A DNA stretch of 64,000 nucleotides from Ruditapes philippinarum (Eukaryota): the NCBI RefSeq assembly GCF_026571515.1, contig NW_026862686.1, positions 1 to 64,000 on the forward strand, read 5' to 3'. The translations under genes were made by a program, and so were the position numbers. Every line of letters starts with the position of its first letter. Position 1 is the stretch's first letter. Below the pieces are notes generated by a model. That model had not been told where the DNA came from. It did not search any database and worked only from the letters and a program-made list of their open reading frames with translations. Shown here one piece after another: positions 1-43,473 of this stretch.

Positions 1-369
1 TAAAAAAATATAAGCTAAAATTGTTTGAAATAATAATAAATTGGCAATTGAGACGAAATCTATAGGTAACATGTTTGTCATTTTAAATTTCATAACCCTG
101 CATGACGTATTTATTAGTCTGTTGCAAGACAGTTTGGTGTATCGGTAAAAACTCTTTCATGCAGGATCTTTAAATTACTCTATTGACAAAATAAGATTTT
201 GCATTTCTTAACCATTTAAGTTTTCGTAAAATTAATATGAATACTTATTACAGATGTATTTTCGCCTTAAGTCTATCTTGTGGAGTTCTGACGAAAATAG
301 TAACTAATACGCACACCGTCGTGTTATCACGAGTTCGTTTCGAGAATCAAAAGAAGGGACGGAAAATAA

Positions 370-577
370 CGAGGGGTTAGAGTCGATTACTTCTAATCCA
401 GTTACCTCTCTGGCGTGGGTTCGATCCCCGGGAGATGCTTTGGTAGTTTGGCGCGAAGGAAGGTAGTCTAGTACTGATGTAACTCTCCAGGAACAATGGT
501 TAGGAAACTACCCGCCTAAATGACTGAAATACTGTTAGGAAAAGGCGTAAAATGAAATAAAAAAAAAAAAAAAAAAA
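370..577 (+). mobile_element. tRNA-derived SINE
   Basis: B-box GGTTCGATCCC near 420, LINE-like 3' end (TGACTGAAATACTGTT...GGCGTAAAA) and poly(A) tail. Confidence 0.6.
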
Positions 578-849
578 GTTTTACCAGAAGATTATCGCAC
601 CATCTGATATACCTAAGAATTCCGGTTACCCTCCACGGTATCTTGAATAACGTCAAAGTTATATGTATAAATATTACTTAAATCGAGTAACATTCTCTTT
701 GACGTTATATAAAAAGGTCACATGGGTTGGCTAAATAAGAAGAGGTGTTCAAATTTAATTTCAGTACATTTTTATTTTTTGTTAGCCATTGAAATAATAA
801 TGTATATAGGACTTTCAAAAACAGTTATTAGCGGGCGCTATGGTGCAGT

Positions 850-1225
850 GATTTTGGTCACAGCAAAAATTCCTTACTCTACTACCATCTACACATTAAT
901 TAAAGCTGTTCATTCCTGGAAGTTTAAGCAAAATCTGCCATCCGGTTTAAGAGGAGTTGCGTTCACAAAATTTTATATGGCATATAGTGAATTAATCAAC
1001 AAAGGGCCATAATTCTGTTAAATTTGGTCGCAGCAAAAATTCCTTCCTTTACTGCCATCTACACATTAAGGTTCTTCATTCCTGGAAGTTTAAGCAAAAT
1101 CTGCCATCCGGTTTAAGAGGAGTTGCCTTCACAAGATTTCGGGACGTTCAGACGGACGGACAGACGTACGGACGGACGGACAAGTGCAACGCTATATGCT
1201 CCACACTTTGTGGGGGCATAAAAAC
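850..1225 (-). mobile_element. Helentron-associated (HINE/pearl-like) non-autonomous element fragment
   Basis: Two copies of a ~170-bp unit, (GGAC)n microsatellite and terminal hairpin CTCCACACTTTGTGGGG. Confidence 0.6.
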
Positions 1226-1372
1226 ACATAAAAAACATAAAGAAAAAAAGGCTTATCCTTATGCATTAAAATATTTTGATTACTAAAATCTATGAATTAC
1301 TGAATTTGTCTACTTTGAATATTTTGCATATTTGACAACCCTTTTGGTAATTTACATCGATAGTAAGTGTAA

Positions 1373-2476
1373 AGGCCCGGTCACACCGCAAGAACTTTGC
1401 TGGAGCGTTCCTTGAACGGTAGGGAGAGAGGACCGAATTTCGACCGAATGCTCGTCACCGCACACAAAATGGGAAAAAAATCGAAAACGGGTGTTGGCCT
1501 GAAGCCGGCGTTGCAATGGCGCTGGCTTAACGGTAGCGAGCGTTGGTTTAGCGGTGACGCGAGCGTTGATAAAGCGGCGTTCTGCGCACGCGGGCGTTGG
1601 CTCGGTTGGAGTTTAAAGTTGGTTTAGCAGTATACCGCTGTTGATTACGGAGCTGAATGGATAGCTTTGATCATTCCTCAGCTCCACCATCAGCTTGTCA
1701 TACAGTCCATGTTCAGGCCTTTGAAGTACCTACTGTCTGATCCACACAACTCTGTCTCTCCTTCTCTCTCAACAGCTTGTTGCAATCTGAGGAGGTTCTG
1801 ATTCTGCTGCTGGACTAATGCACCAATCATAGCAAGTCTCTCAGCATCCATGATAATACAGTTTAACTGTAACTTTGAGCAAATTCGATGTAAATGAGGT
1901 CTGCACGCAAAGGCAGCTTGAATCCAAATGGGCTCTTGGTCCATTTCTCCCCGTTATTATAGCTAAATTCTGGTCCCGCTCCGACACCTCCATACCAACG
2001 CCAAACCAAAGTTCATCACCGCAATGGATCGCTGCTTCAACGCCCAACACCGTTTCAGCAACCCCGTGTCCGCTCGTAAAACGCTAACAACCGCTCCACC
2101 ATAGTTTGTGCAACGTTTAATCACCGCCCGGGCAAAGCTGGCGAAGCACCAGTGGACCAGCGTTCAAGATTTCTGCGTTAGTCTAGCGGGTGCAAAAGTC
2201 CACGAACTTGCGTCTAGCGGTACCAAACTTTGACTGGGCGTTGTTGGAGTGGTGGTGACTTTTGCCGGAGCAGAAAAGTATCCGCTCCTCACCGCTCGCA
2301 ATATTTTGTGCAGCTCAAAACTTTCGGAGCGGTAGGAGGGACCATAAGCGGTGACCGAGCGTATACGGCGTTGCCTAAACGGAGGCCAACTTCTGGTGAA
2401 CGGTAACGAGCGGTGATGAATTCTTTTCACCGCTCCAGGAACGCTCCAGCAAAGTTCTTGCGGTGTGACCGGGCCT
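1373..2476 (-). mobile_element. PIF/Harbinger internally deleted transposon
   Basis: ~45-bp TIRs AGGCCCGGTCACACCGCAAGAACTTTGCTGGAGCGTTCC, TAA target duplications (1370-1372, 2477-2479), and a decayed minus-strand Harbinger transposase N-terminus (..LQRPEHGLYDKLMVELRND) at ~1670-1850. Confidence 0.8.
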
Positions 2477-3361
2477 TAAATTATTATTCCCTTGTTCCCT
2501 TGACAATAGACCTTGCTTGACTTCTTGTCTCAGGATTAATTAAACCCCATTCACCTCCAACCCCATTCACTTCCAAGTATTTTCGAGCCACATACTGTGA
2601 TAACAGGGAACGTGTTTAAATGTTTGACTATGTAACAAAAGAGAAATTAGCAATCTGATTTATATTCAAGGGCTACGCCCTCTCGTACTCTCGTAAATGT
2701 AAGGGAGATTAATCTGAAGGTATTGTATACTCTTTGTGTTGTGATTAGTTTCCCTTTACAGGAAATGTTGCACTTTAAGTCTTATTTAAGGAGCATATGA
2801 AGCCGTGCAAATTGATGCATGCATACTTATAAGAAATGTTCAATGCCTTGTTTATAATTTATGTGAAAAACATAATTTTCGTCCAAGGCATTAAGAAATG
2901 ATTCCTTTGCTTGGAACCGATACTTAAGTTACGAAAAAGGCAATTTATGCATTTTCTTAACTTTGATTTTGATAAGAAATAACATCCACATCGGTTTTCT
3001 TAAAACCCAAGTCTATTTATAGCTAGGTGCGCGTACAAATGTGAATTCATATTTGCATTTACCCTGTGCGGTTCCCCTTTTATGATTTACTGTTACAAAA
3101 ACAAAATATCTTTATACAGTAAACACAAATCGCTGCTTATACTGTAGGCAGACGATATTTTAAGCCTTTTACTGGCTATTTATATACTGATTGTCACCCT
3201 ATCATTTGTAGGTCAATGCAGGGTCTTTCAAATAGAACTATACTAGAACTACACTATACATGTATCTTAGTTTTTAAGTCATTTTGAAAGTAAAGCTTTA
3301 TAAATTATTTTGTTTTACACTAGTACATACCTCATTTGATATGAATTTATGAATAACCAGC

Positions 3362-3403
3362 GTTTGTTTGTTTGTTTGTTTGTTTTGTTTTGTTTTGTTT
3401 TTG
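3362..3403 (+). repeat. (TTTG)n/(TTTTG)n microsatellite
   Basis: Direct reading. Confidence 0.9.
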
Positions 3404-3625
3404 CTGGGTTTTTTCTTCTTTTGTTTCTTTTTTTAAGTCCAATGAACGTAAAGATATTTTTTGCAATATATACCTTTTTTATACGGCAGTTAGTAAATCT
3501 CAACTATTCTATAATTCAAATGAGTACAAGTTTCGTAAATCTTTACGCCACATATCAATATGTCAATAGTCATTTTACTTTAACATTGAAATGTTGAAAT
3601 GTACTTTAAAAAAGAATTGTTAAAA

Positions 3626-5060
3626 GAGCCGCGCCATGATAAAACCACAGGCACGAGTATCGGACCTGGGAAGAAAAAATATGACCAGATTGATAAAAAA
3701 AAACCTGTGTTCATCTTAAAAGTGTCAAAAAACAACCCCAAAAAAATGTAAATAATGACCCCCTTTAAAATATACTATAAGTTAAGAGAAGGCCGGAAAC
3801 TCCAGATTCGAGCCTACGAGCAAGGGATTCATTTCCCGGGCCGTTGTGAAAACAATTGGCCAGACAATCAAAAAAAACTTTTATCACTATTTCACGTTTA
3901 TATTAAGCTTCAAAATGAGACCAACCCCAAGTCTCTAGCCCTTCCTGTTCATGAAATATCTATCAGGAAACGAGCGACTTCGTGCTAAAAATCCTTGGTA
4001 GACAGAATTGCGGCACAACAATTCGGTACGTAAACATAGACTAATACATGTATGTCAGATGACTACGGGTCAAAATTACTTGAATTTACGAAATAATATT
4101 ACTAAATACATTAAGTTGGACCACTCACAACCGTCAGTAGCATCTAATACACACGAGATTCGAGTTTCAAACATTTACACGGTCGTTCAATCGCTTTCTA
4201 CGCCATTAGGCATCTTGTGTGAAACGTTGCGGTTTTCGTTGCTATTGGCCAATCAGAAGACTCGTTACAAAATATCGAACAGCTGATTGACAATGGCGTA
4301 GAAAGTAATCTAAAGACCGTGGAAAGGTTTGAAATTCGAATTTTGCGTGTATCAGATGCTACTGACGGTTGTGAGTGGTCCAACCTAATGTATTTAGTAA
4401 TATTATTTAGTAAATTCAAGTGATTTTGACCCATACTCAGCTGACATACATGTATTAGTCTATGTTTACGTACCGAATTGTTGTGCCGCAATTATGTCTA
4501 CCAAGGATTTTTAGCACGAAGTCGCTCGTTTCCTGATAGATATTTCATGAACGGGAAGGGCTAGAGACTTGGGTTGGTCTCATTTTGAAGCTTAATATAA
4601 ACGTGAAATAGTGATAAAAGTTTTTTTTGATTGTCTGGCCAATTGTTTTCAACAACGGCCGGGGAAATGAATCCCTTGCTCGTAGGCTCGAATCTGGAGT
4701 TTCCGGCCTTCTCTTAACTTATAGTATATTTTAAAGGGGTCATTATTTACATTTTTTTTTTTTTTTTTTTTTTTTTTGACACTTTTAAAGATGAACACAG
4801 GTTTTTTTTTATCAATCTGGTCATATTTTTTCTTCCCAGGTCCGATACTCGTGCCTGTGGACAAAACCAACATAATGGGTTTGCGACAAGCATGGATCCA
4901 GACAAGCCTGCGCATCCGCGCAGTTGCTGTTCGCTTACAAACCCTATTACAAGTAGAGAAACTGATAGCGAACAGCATGGATCCTGATAAGACTGCGGGA
5001 ATGTCTTGAATCATGCTGGTCGCAAACCTACTATGTTGGTTTTGTCATGAGGCGGCTCAA
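3626..5060. mobile_element. Palindromic ~240-bp MITE split by the foldback element
   Basis: GAGCCGCGCCATGATAAAAC at 3626, continuing at 4860 with ..CAACATAATGGGTTTGCGAC..GGATCC..GCGGCTC. Same family as 35124, 36087, 41952 and 43238. Confidence 0.8.
3646..4859. mobile_element. 1.2-kb foldback (almost entirely palindromic) non-autonomous DNA transposon
   Basis: Termini CACAGGCACGAGTATCGGACCTGGG / CCCAGGTCCGATACTCGTGCCTGTG, ~600-bp inverted arms, 8-bp TSD GATAAAAC (3638-3645) / GACAAAAC (4860-4867); inserted into a small MITE. Confidence 0.85.
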
Positions 5061-5517
5061 ATTATCATGCATCGATATGCTGTAAAATATCTAGGACAAT
5101 CTTTACACGAGTAACGCATCATTAAAGCATTTATAATATGACCTTCAACTGAGCATGACGGGACACTGACCATGATATTCTCGTGTTCGAATGCGCACGA
5201 CTTTATCATTTCATCGTGCATTTACTTCTCTAATGATTTGATTTATTTTTCATTTATACTTGAGATCTCATCCGGTAAAGACGCTCGCAAAATTGGTTGG
5301 TAATTTACGCTTACATTGATGTAAAGGTAAGAAAGAATTTGAAAGCAAATGTGTAATTTTTATTTTGGTTTTTTACTTTTAAAAATTTACAGTATAGGTC
5401 GTAGATTTAAACAAGTGGATAGTGCATGAAATGCAACTTTTTTTCTTTATTTTTCTTCTTTTTTTTTTTTTTTTTTTGGTGGGGGTGGGAGGGTAACAAA
5501 AAAATATCAAACGTTAT

Positions 5518-5895
5518 ATATATAGAGGATATTGAATGAGTGTAGGTTTAATACTAAATTTATTGAACGAGTTGAATAAAATCATATTATGCGAGCCTCT
5601 GGCGAGCATAATATTGTTTTATTCAACGAGTTCAATAAATTTAGAATTGAATCTACACGAATATAATATTCTATTTATCACATATATAAAATAAGAACGG
5701 TAAACTGTTATCAAGAGTCATTTTTCTTTGACGCGCCTATAGTGTAACGCTAACATTGGCGCGCTTTAACGCTATGTTTATAGCGCAAATGACGTGACGT
5801 CAAAGTGTTATTACACTAGTGTAATATCGTCTAGTGTAATACCGTTTTTATTAAATGGCTTTATTACACTCCTGCGCCTCGGTTTATGTGATAAA
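5518..5895. mobile_element. Non-autonomous element with a ~160-bp subterminal hairpin (Crypton-like, family uncertain)
   Basis: Starts TATATAGAGGATATT; hairpin ATTTATTGAACGAGTTGAATAAAA..GCGAGCCTCTGGCGAGC..TTTTATTCAACGAGTTCAATAAAT; same design as 18687. Confidence 0.45.
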
Positions 5896-6929
5896 TTATA
5901 ATATCCTTCCTTCCAAGTATTGCTTTCTCAGGTGTAAATATGCATAATGCAAGCCTGTGATTTAAACATATTTTATTGCCAAAAATAAGACATATACAGA
6001 CATGTAGACAGTAACAATACAATGACATGACATATTTGGCAAAAGGGTTGACCCACAAGTTCTCTCAACATTAGCAACGGGTCTTCCCTGATGCAATAAA
6101 TTACAATAACATATTTTACAAGAATGACTATATATCACTTAGATAGAAGTAACAAAACTCACACATGTCTGGGACATAAGATAATTATCTTATATGTCCC
6201 AGCACATATATATGGTACTTGGCTTTAAAAAAAAGATTTTAGATAAGAAAGAACAATAAAAATGATTGGGTGTACATGTTCTCTAGCTTGAATAGTGTTT
6301 AACGATATTAACTGATTTTTATATGATTTGCGTATCATTGACTTAGAAAACATGTACATTTGCCAAATATAACAAAAACAAACAGAATGCAAATAGATTT
6401 TGAGAAAATGAAATATAGAAGGAAAAGAAAGAAGAAAAAAATGCAGGCTGTTGTAATAAGAACCTTATTGAATTACTATCAGATATAATATCAAGTTAAA
6501 TGAACTGTTAATACACTTAAAATTCACTCGCCATACATATAATAACCATTGTCATAATTTAACCAACTTAAGTTTGTAAATGCTCATTAATAAACATAAA
6601 CCTATACCAATCAAAGTCGTGTGTATACTTAAATGTTAACTATTTTAGCATGTTAATTTATTGTGTAACTTATTTTGCTGTTTAAAAAATGATGCCATTT
6701 CGAAGTCTAGATTCTCAATCATTTCTATAGGAGGGTCTTTTTAAAAAGATTGGGTTCGAAAAAAACGGTAGTAAATGTAGCTCAGATATGAGACAGAGAA
6801 CCTTTAACTCGTCTGACAAGTTGTTTACAAAATTACCATAAACTACTGCGGTGGTGTGGTGTTTCCAGTATTCATTTAACAGTTATTTTACCTTAAAATC
6901 GATTCAATTCATCAAGCAAGAAAATCAAC

Positions 6930-7119
6930 GCGCGTTTTCCCGCCACAATGTCATAAAAACTCATGCTTGATTTTCATTGGCTGTTGGAAATCGTCCTACA
7001 TCGCACCATACGAGTTTAGGGAGAGGTCAGCTCACATAAACAAAAACATGCCACGAGTAAATTTCATCAGTATTTTCATTTACAAATTTGCTACGGATAA
7101 GACAGCACGTATTTTCAAG
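6930..7119 (+). promoter_or_regulatory. Putative promoter and non-coding first exon of FAS copy A
   Basis: Inverted CCAAT (CATTGGCT, 6975-6982), SRE-like ATCGCACCAT (7000-7009), AGGTCA (7024-7029), CATAAA (7035-7040), Inr-like TCAGT (7067-7071), donor CAAG|GTAAAT at 7119/7120. Matching acceptor TTCAG at 8634, just before the ATG exon. Confidence 0.5.
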
Positions 7120-7592
7120 GTAAATATTGTATTTTATAATAAAATTCAACATGTTTAACAGAAAATAACCAATGGTTTATGCAGGAGTAGCGTCTTTCTA
7201 TTTTTAGAAAATGAAAGTAGACATGTTTGAGGTTGGGAGAATTACTTTTTTTGACAACTTTCTGTCAAAAGCAAAGAAAATTAACGATAAAAAATATGTA
7301 AAAATGAAACTTTGTCTTTGAAACTTTTCTTCGCCAAGAAAGTTGAAGAAACTAGCATAAAATACTGCTGTTACTCCTAATCAGGGCTAATACAGTATAC
7401 TGCCAGTTGGTTTCCATTTCGCATTTTACAGCATGTCACAGATATTTAACTGTTTAAAATTAAACCCAGAAGTGACGTGTTTTAAAAAAATCTTACCACA
7501 AAAAAAATCCGAACACAAGTCAACATATGCAGCACTAATTATTGATTAATAGAATTTAGATCTATTTTTTTTTTTATTTTATTTTATTTTTT

Positions 7593-7624
<32 letters not shown>

Positions 7625-8692
7625 GAATAAATGTTAGTTCCATCATATTTCTGCTAGTTCTGGCATCCAAAACTTTATAAGCTGCTTTTGTACCATTTTT
7701 TCCCCGTCAGATGATGTCCTGTTATAGTAGACAACGGGTATGCTGACCGAAGACCTTTATATTATGTAGGCCTAATTAAGCTAATATTTTGAGTATTGCT
7801 ATATGTATTCTGTTAAAATCATGTCATGAAAGATTGGGGAGATACCTTATGAAAGGGTAATAACTATATCATATGAAATATATTAATAAAATATATTGAC
7901 AGTAAAAATTATATTTAACACATATAATCCTATATGGTCAATCTTTGAAAGAGGTAACGTTGTAACAATTGAAATGCCTCTGCATGGTATTTAACATACA
8001 TTGTATTATATGTATATATGAGTACTGTATGTGAACAGAATCTAATGTTCTTGAACAAAATATTATTCTGCATATTTTTTAAGTAGGTTTTTATCCGTTT
8101 AGCAATTATTTCGTACATGCACCATTTTATTTTAGGGCAATTATAACTACGTACCATATTTATTTCATACAATTAAGCATTTTAAAAGTTTTCTTTTTAA
8201 AATTTAAACAATGATTTTTGCAGCAGATGTACAAGTATAGCTTTATACACTTTGAATAAAGTCTTTTAGTTTTTTGGATAGTTTTTATGTCACACCAACA
8301 CAGTATAGGTTATATGGCAACTTTCCACCTTTAATGGTGGATGAAGACCTCAGGCACCCGAGTAGAACCACCGAATTTCCGTAAGCTTGCTGGATAGCTT
8401 TCTCACATGTAAATCCGGCAATGCTTGCGCTGCTCAATCAGAATCAGATGTCAACTTTAGGTTTTTAGTTGAATGTATTGGTTTCAATTTTTTCAATGAC
8501 TACAATAATTTGACAATTGTGAATTTTCAGATACATTTTGGCTCTGTGAATAGGGCTTCAAAACTGCTTGAAAAAAACAAAATACTATACAGTACATGAA
8601 TTTATATGTGAAACCTTACATTCTGTACATTCAGGTTTAAAGTATTGACTGATAAAATTTATAACTCGGAAGGGAGAATTCACAGACAGAAG

Positions 8693-39296
<30,604 letters not shown>

Positions 39297-40015
39297 TGAC
39301 ATGGTTCAAACTTCAGAACCATGTAAAACTGTTCAAATGATCTCATTCCATTCTTGTTTTGATGTCTTGTATGTGAATTGAAAGTCCATTTGTGATGTTA
39401 ATATTTCTTATAAAAATTGGTGCAGACTATTATTCTTGTAGCATAATTTTATATATAATACAAAAAATATAATATAATTTACTATCACAATAAGAAAGTT
39501 TATAATTTACTTATGGACTGACATTTGTATTCATTAATTTTTTTTCTAATTATGTACATGTACACAGTGTGTTGTTCAGATGGCTTTTAGAAGGTTAGTG
39601 GTTTCTTGAACTGAGTGAAAATAAAGCATGGTGCTGGGGTAGCACCGTTTGCCACTATTCATTAACTGATAAAGTTGAAAAGTAACCATATGACGTTTAC
39701 AGTGTTGGTGTTACCTTAAATGTAAAAAGACAACCTCAAAGAAAAATAACGTACATATATGAATTAAAGTTTTGTATTGACAACTGTGTACAAGATTGGT
39801 TAACCGTTATTGATGTTTTTTTATTGATGAAAGTCTAAAAAGAAGATAAAATACTTTATTTTGTAAACATGCATTTATACATTTATTGTTGTTTCTTAAT
39901 TTATTGTTGGTAATGTTTTGTATGTCTGAAAGTGCTAAATTTATTTATTTTTATGTAATATACTTGGTTTTGTTGCAATATACAATGTTTAATGTTAAAT
40001 GATATTTTTTTGTTT

Positions 40016-40021
40016 AATAAA
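40016..40021 (+). terminator. Candidate polyadenylation signal of copy A
   Basis: AATAAA ~720 nt after the stop, followed by GT/T-rich sequence. Confidence 0.5.
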
Positions 40022-40086
40022 ATTGTTTTGGAAAAAAAATGTTGTTTTTTTTGTGTAAAATATTATAGGCAATCATCAGGTCATCT

Positions 40087-40169
40087 GGTGAATGATAACT
40101 AAAGATCACTGACCGGTGAATGATAACTAAAGATCACTGACCGGTGAATGATAACTAAAGATCACTGAC
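40087..40169 (+). repeat. 28-bp tandem repeat x3
   Basis: GGTGAATGATAACTAAAGATCACTGACC, near-perfect copies. Confidence 0.9.
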
Positions 40170-41951
40170 ACATCACTGTAAAATCCTTTCTAAAGTTAAT
40201 TCAGAAGCAATTCTGGTGTTTCTACTGGAGTGTCTGCAATAGCATGGAAGGTCGCTCTAACCAAAACTTTGGCCGTTTTATTGTACTTGAAATTTTAAAG
40301 CCAAATATAATTACAAATGTATACAAATAATACAAAAGCAAGTTTACACTTTTGTAAAAAATGACTCCAGATTGTGATGGACTTAATAAAAAAGGTAATA
40401 AGATCATTTTTCTTCTTTGCGCTAAAATCTTCTAAAATAAATATAAACATGTATTGGATTGTTCGGGCTAAAGTGCATGTAATTATGTCATTCAATGCTT
40501 ATTCATTATATGACTTGATTACACTTATTACTTGTGAAATGAATTGCATTACCATCTACGTTACGGATTCAGTGGGCCAGAAACATTGTTCAGGTCTTCA
40601 TAAATCAGTAAAGCTACATTGAATGGGTGGTTTCAAACAAAAATCTTGCATGATTCGTAAATTATTCGTTAAATCTTTGTCGACTACCAAAAAAAACATG
40701 TCTCAAAGAAAACTGATAAAGCTAAGTTCTCTAGTTTTACGACTAACGGACAGATCTGGTGATGCAAACAAAACTTATGTAGGTAGAATTTGCTATTCCT
40801 TTTACACTCGTTTCCTATACGTAATAGCGTAGTGGTAGTGTTCGCTTCATGACTGGTTCAAATCTTGGAAAAGGCTTTTTTTTGGATATATGACAACTAA
40901 CGGGATTTAAGTTCCTAATAAGTTACAAGATTAACCTTTAATTGTGCAAAGCATTAAATTAATAAAACGGAAAATCAAAAGTTACGTCACAAACTATAAA
41001 ATTATATCCTGAAAGTAACCATACTCACAGCATGTGCCCAATTGCAGATTTGAACTAGGATTTTTTATAACCTGAATTCTCTAACCACTGCTCTACTCAG
41101 ACTAATGTGACCACATCCACTTTTATTCTTCAATAATGCAATAAATAATACTGTAGATCATGGGAAGGATAGAAGCAAAAACACGGTGAAAAGTTTACTT
41201 TTTTATTGTAACCAACACCAGTTGATCAAAAGTGATCAGAAACTATAAAATTTGTAAGGTAGAACATTTATAGTATATACAATGTACATGTATATATAAC
41301 AACCAGAAGCTATTCTGTATAAGATATGTATTGATTTCATGAGAAAATACAACGGTAAAGAAATTAACAACAATCAAAATAAACAATTACTTTTATCCTA
41401 ATATCAACAAAAAGTAAAAACAAAATAACGAAACTAAAAGGAAATGCATAACTTTTATATATTAAAAAATGAATTTATTATTGATAATAAACATATTAAT
41501 TGCAATTTAATCAAGTAATGCATAAAAAAATTCAGAAGATTACCTACAAACAAAACAATAGTTTTCTTTTTATCTTCAACAAAAACCCTTGATTATGAGT
41601 GTTCAAATTGTTATTCTTTTAACATTACTCTGTCAAATATATGGTTGTCTAAAAGCATGGATTTTAATTTCTAAATATCACTGAATACTTTCTTATGCAT
41701 ACATGTAATAGTTTGTGGCGTGACCCTTTACACACTGATATTACATATAATATTACAAGTAAAAAAAATAAACATAACCATTCTACGCACATACACAAAA
41801 TTATAATGGCAGATCAACGAGCATTAAAATCTGTATATCAACGAAAAATTAAATTTGTAAAGAAGGGAGTAAAGACGACAGCCGTAACAATTCTGAGTAA
41901 ATGTGATGTATCGATAATCAAATAAAAGGACGACTGCGAAGCTTTAACATA

Positions 41952-42228
41952 TGATCCGCGCCATGACAAAACCAACATAATGGGTTTGCGACCAGCATGG
42001 ATCCAGACCAGCCTGCGCATCCGCGCAGTCTGATCAGGATCCATGCTGTTCGCTATTAGTTTCTCTACTTGTTAAAGAGTTGGTAAGCGAACATCATTGA
42101 TCCTGATCAGACTGCGCGGATGCGCAGGCTGGTCTTGATCCATGCTGGTCGCAAACCCATTATGTGGCGTGGAAGGATCCATGCTTGTCGCAAACCCATT
42201 ATGTTGGTTTTGTCGTGACGTGGCTCAT
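41952..42228. mobile_element. Palindromic MITE flanked by a 119-bp direct repeat
   Basis: Same family as 35124; flanks 41833-41951 and 42237-42355 are near-identical. Confidence 0.85.
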
Positions 42229-43237
42229 TTGTACGAGTATATCAACGAAAAATTACATTTGTAAAGCGGGGAGTAAAGATGACAGCCGTAACAATTCTGA
42301 GTAAATGTGATGTATCGATAATCAAATAAAAGGACGACTGCGTAGCTTTAACATATAATTTTAAAAGCTATCATCCAGATAATTCACGGAAGTCTTGATA
42401 AATTATCCAACATTTTGTATAGAACACAGCTATTTTTTTCCTGAAGAGAAATGACTTACTATCTGAGACAACTCTTTTGTTGCGAGAAAAAGACAACCAC
42501 AATTTTTCCATTTCTAACAATAAAGTTAACCTCCTTAGACCAAAACCTGTCAACAAGAGCCAAAATCTTTGTCTCCCACAGGGTGAGACTGTACTGTGTC
42601 TGCAAAAGGATAAAATTAGGTAAATAAATGTGTAAACGATAAAAGAATAAGAGCGGCTAAAATAGTGAATAAATAATCGTTATGATAATGGTGATACAAA
42701 AATATGAGGAAAACAAAAAAATTCATGTGTCTGTTGCATCAAAAATAAAAAGCTTTTGCAAAATCAAAGTAATTTTGGGACGTAAAGAACCTCTAAGGAT
42801 TAAGCTCTTTATTGCAAAATGCATATATACTATTAAATTTTCATTAAAAGTACAATCATTTTTCATATCCTTATGTTCATATCTGAAGTGTCTCTGTTTT
42901 TTAACACACATGAATCATGTAAGAAAACAGAACATGTATTACATGTATTTAAAATTATGGTGGCTGATTTGTGCCATTCGTGTTTTCGCCCCGCGACCCC
43001 ACCAAGCGAAAACTCGAAAATTTACGAGTTAAAATGGCGGAGGCGCGCAGCGAAAACGCGCTGATTAGCGAGGCCGGGGCGCGGGTTGAATAAATAAAAC
43101 TTCGGCACGCGGGGGCGAGCGATAAATAGATGACTAGTCCGACGCGCCCACCACTCGCCATACTAATACTTTAATTTATTATGAATATACATGCATAATA
43201 AGTATTATATCAAAATGATATGGTTATAAAGAGATTT

Positions 43238-43473
43238 TAGCCGCATCATGACAAAACCAACGTAATGCGTTTGCGACCGGCATGGATCCAGACCAGCCTG
43301 CGCATCCGCGCAGTCTGATCAGGATCCATGCTGTTCGCTATCAGTTTCTCTACTTGTAATAGGGTCTCTAAGCGAGCAGCATGGATCCTGATCAGACTGC
43401 GCGGATGCGCAGGCTGGTCTGGATCCATGCTGGTCGCAAACGCATTACGTTGGTTTTGTCGTGACGCGGCTCA
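43238..43473. mobile_element. Palindromic MITE
   Basis: Same family as 35124. Confidence 0.85.

Noticed and set aside
4008-4491. Twin ORFs MRHNNSVRKHR on opposite strands as a gene pair
   Set aside because: They are the two arms of the foldback element, start at TTG and show no recognisable protein similarity
40087-40169. 28-bp repeats as a mini-CRISPR
   Set aside because: Pure head-to-tail tandem repeat without spacers
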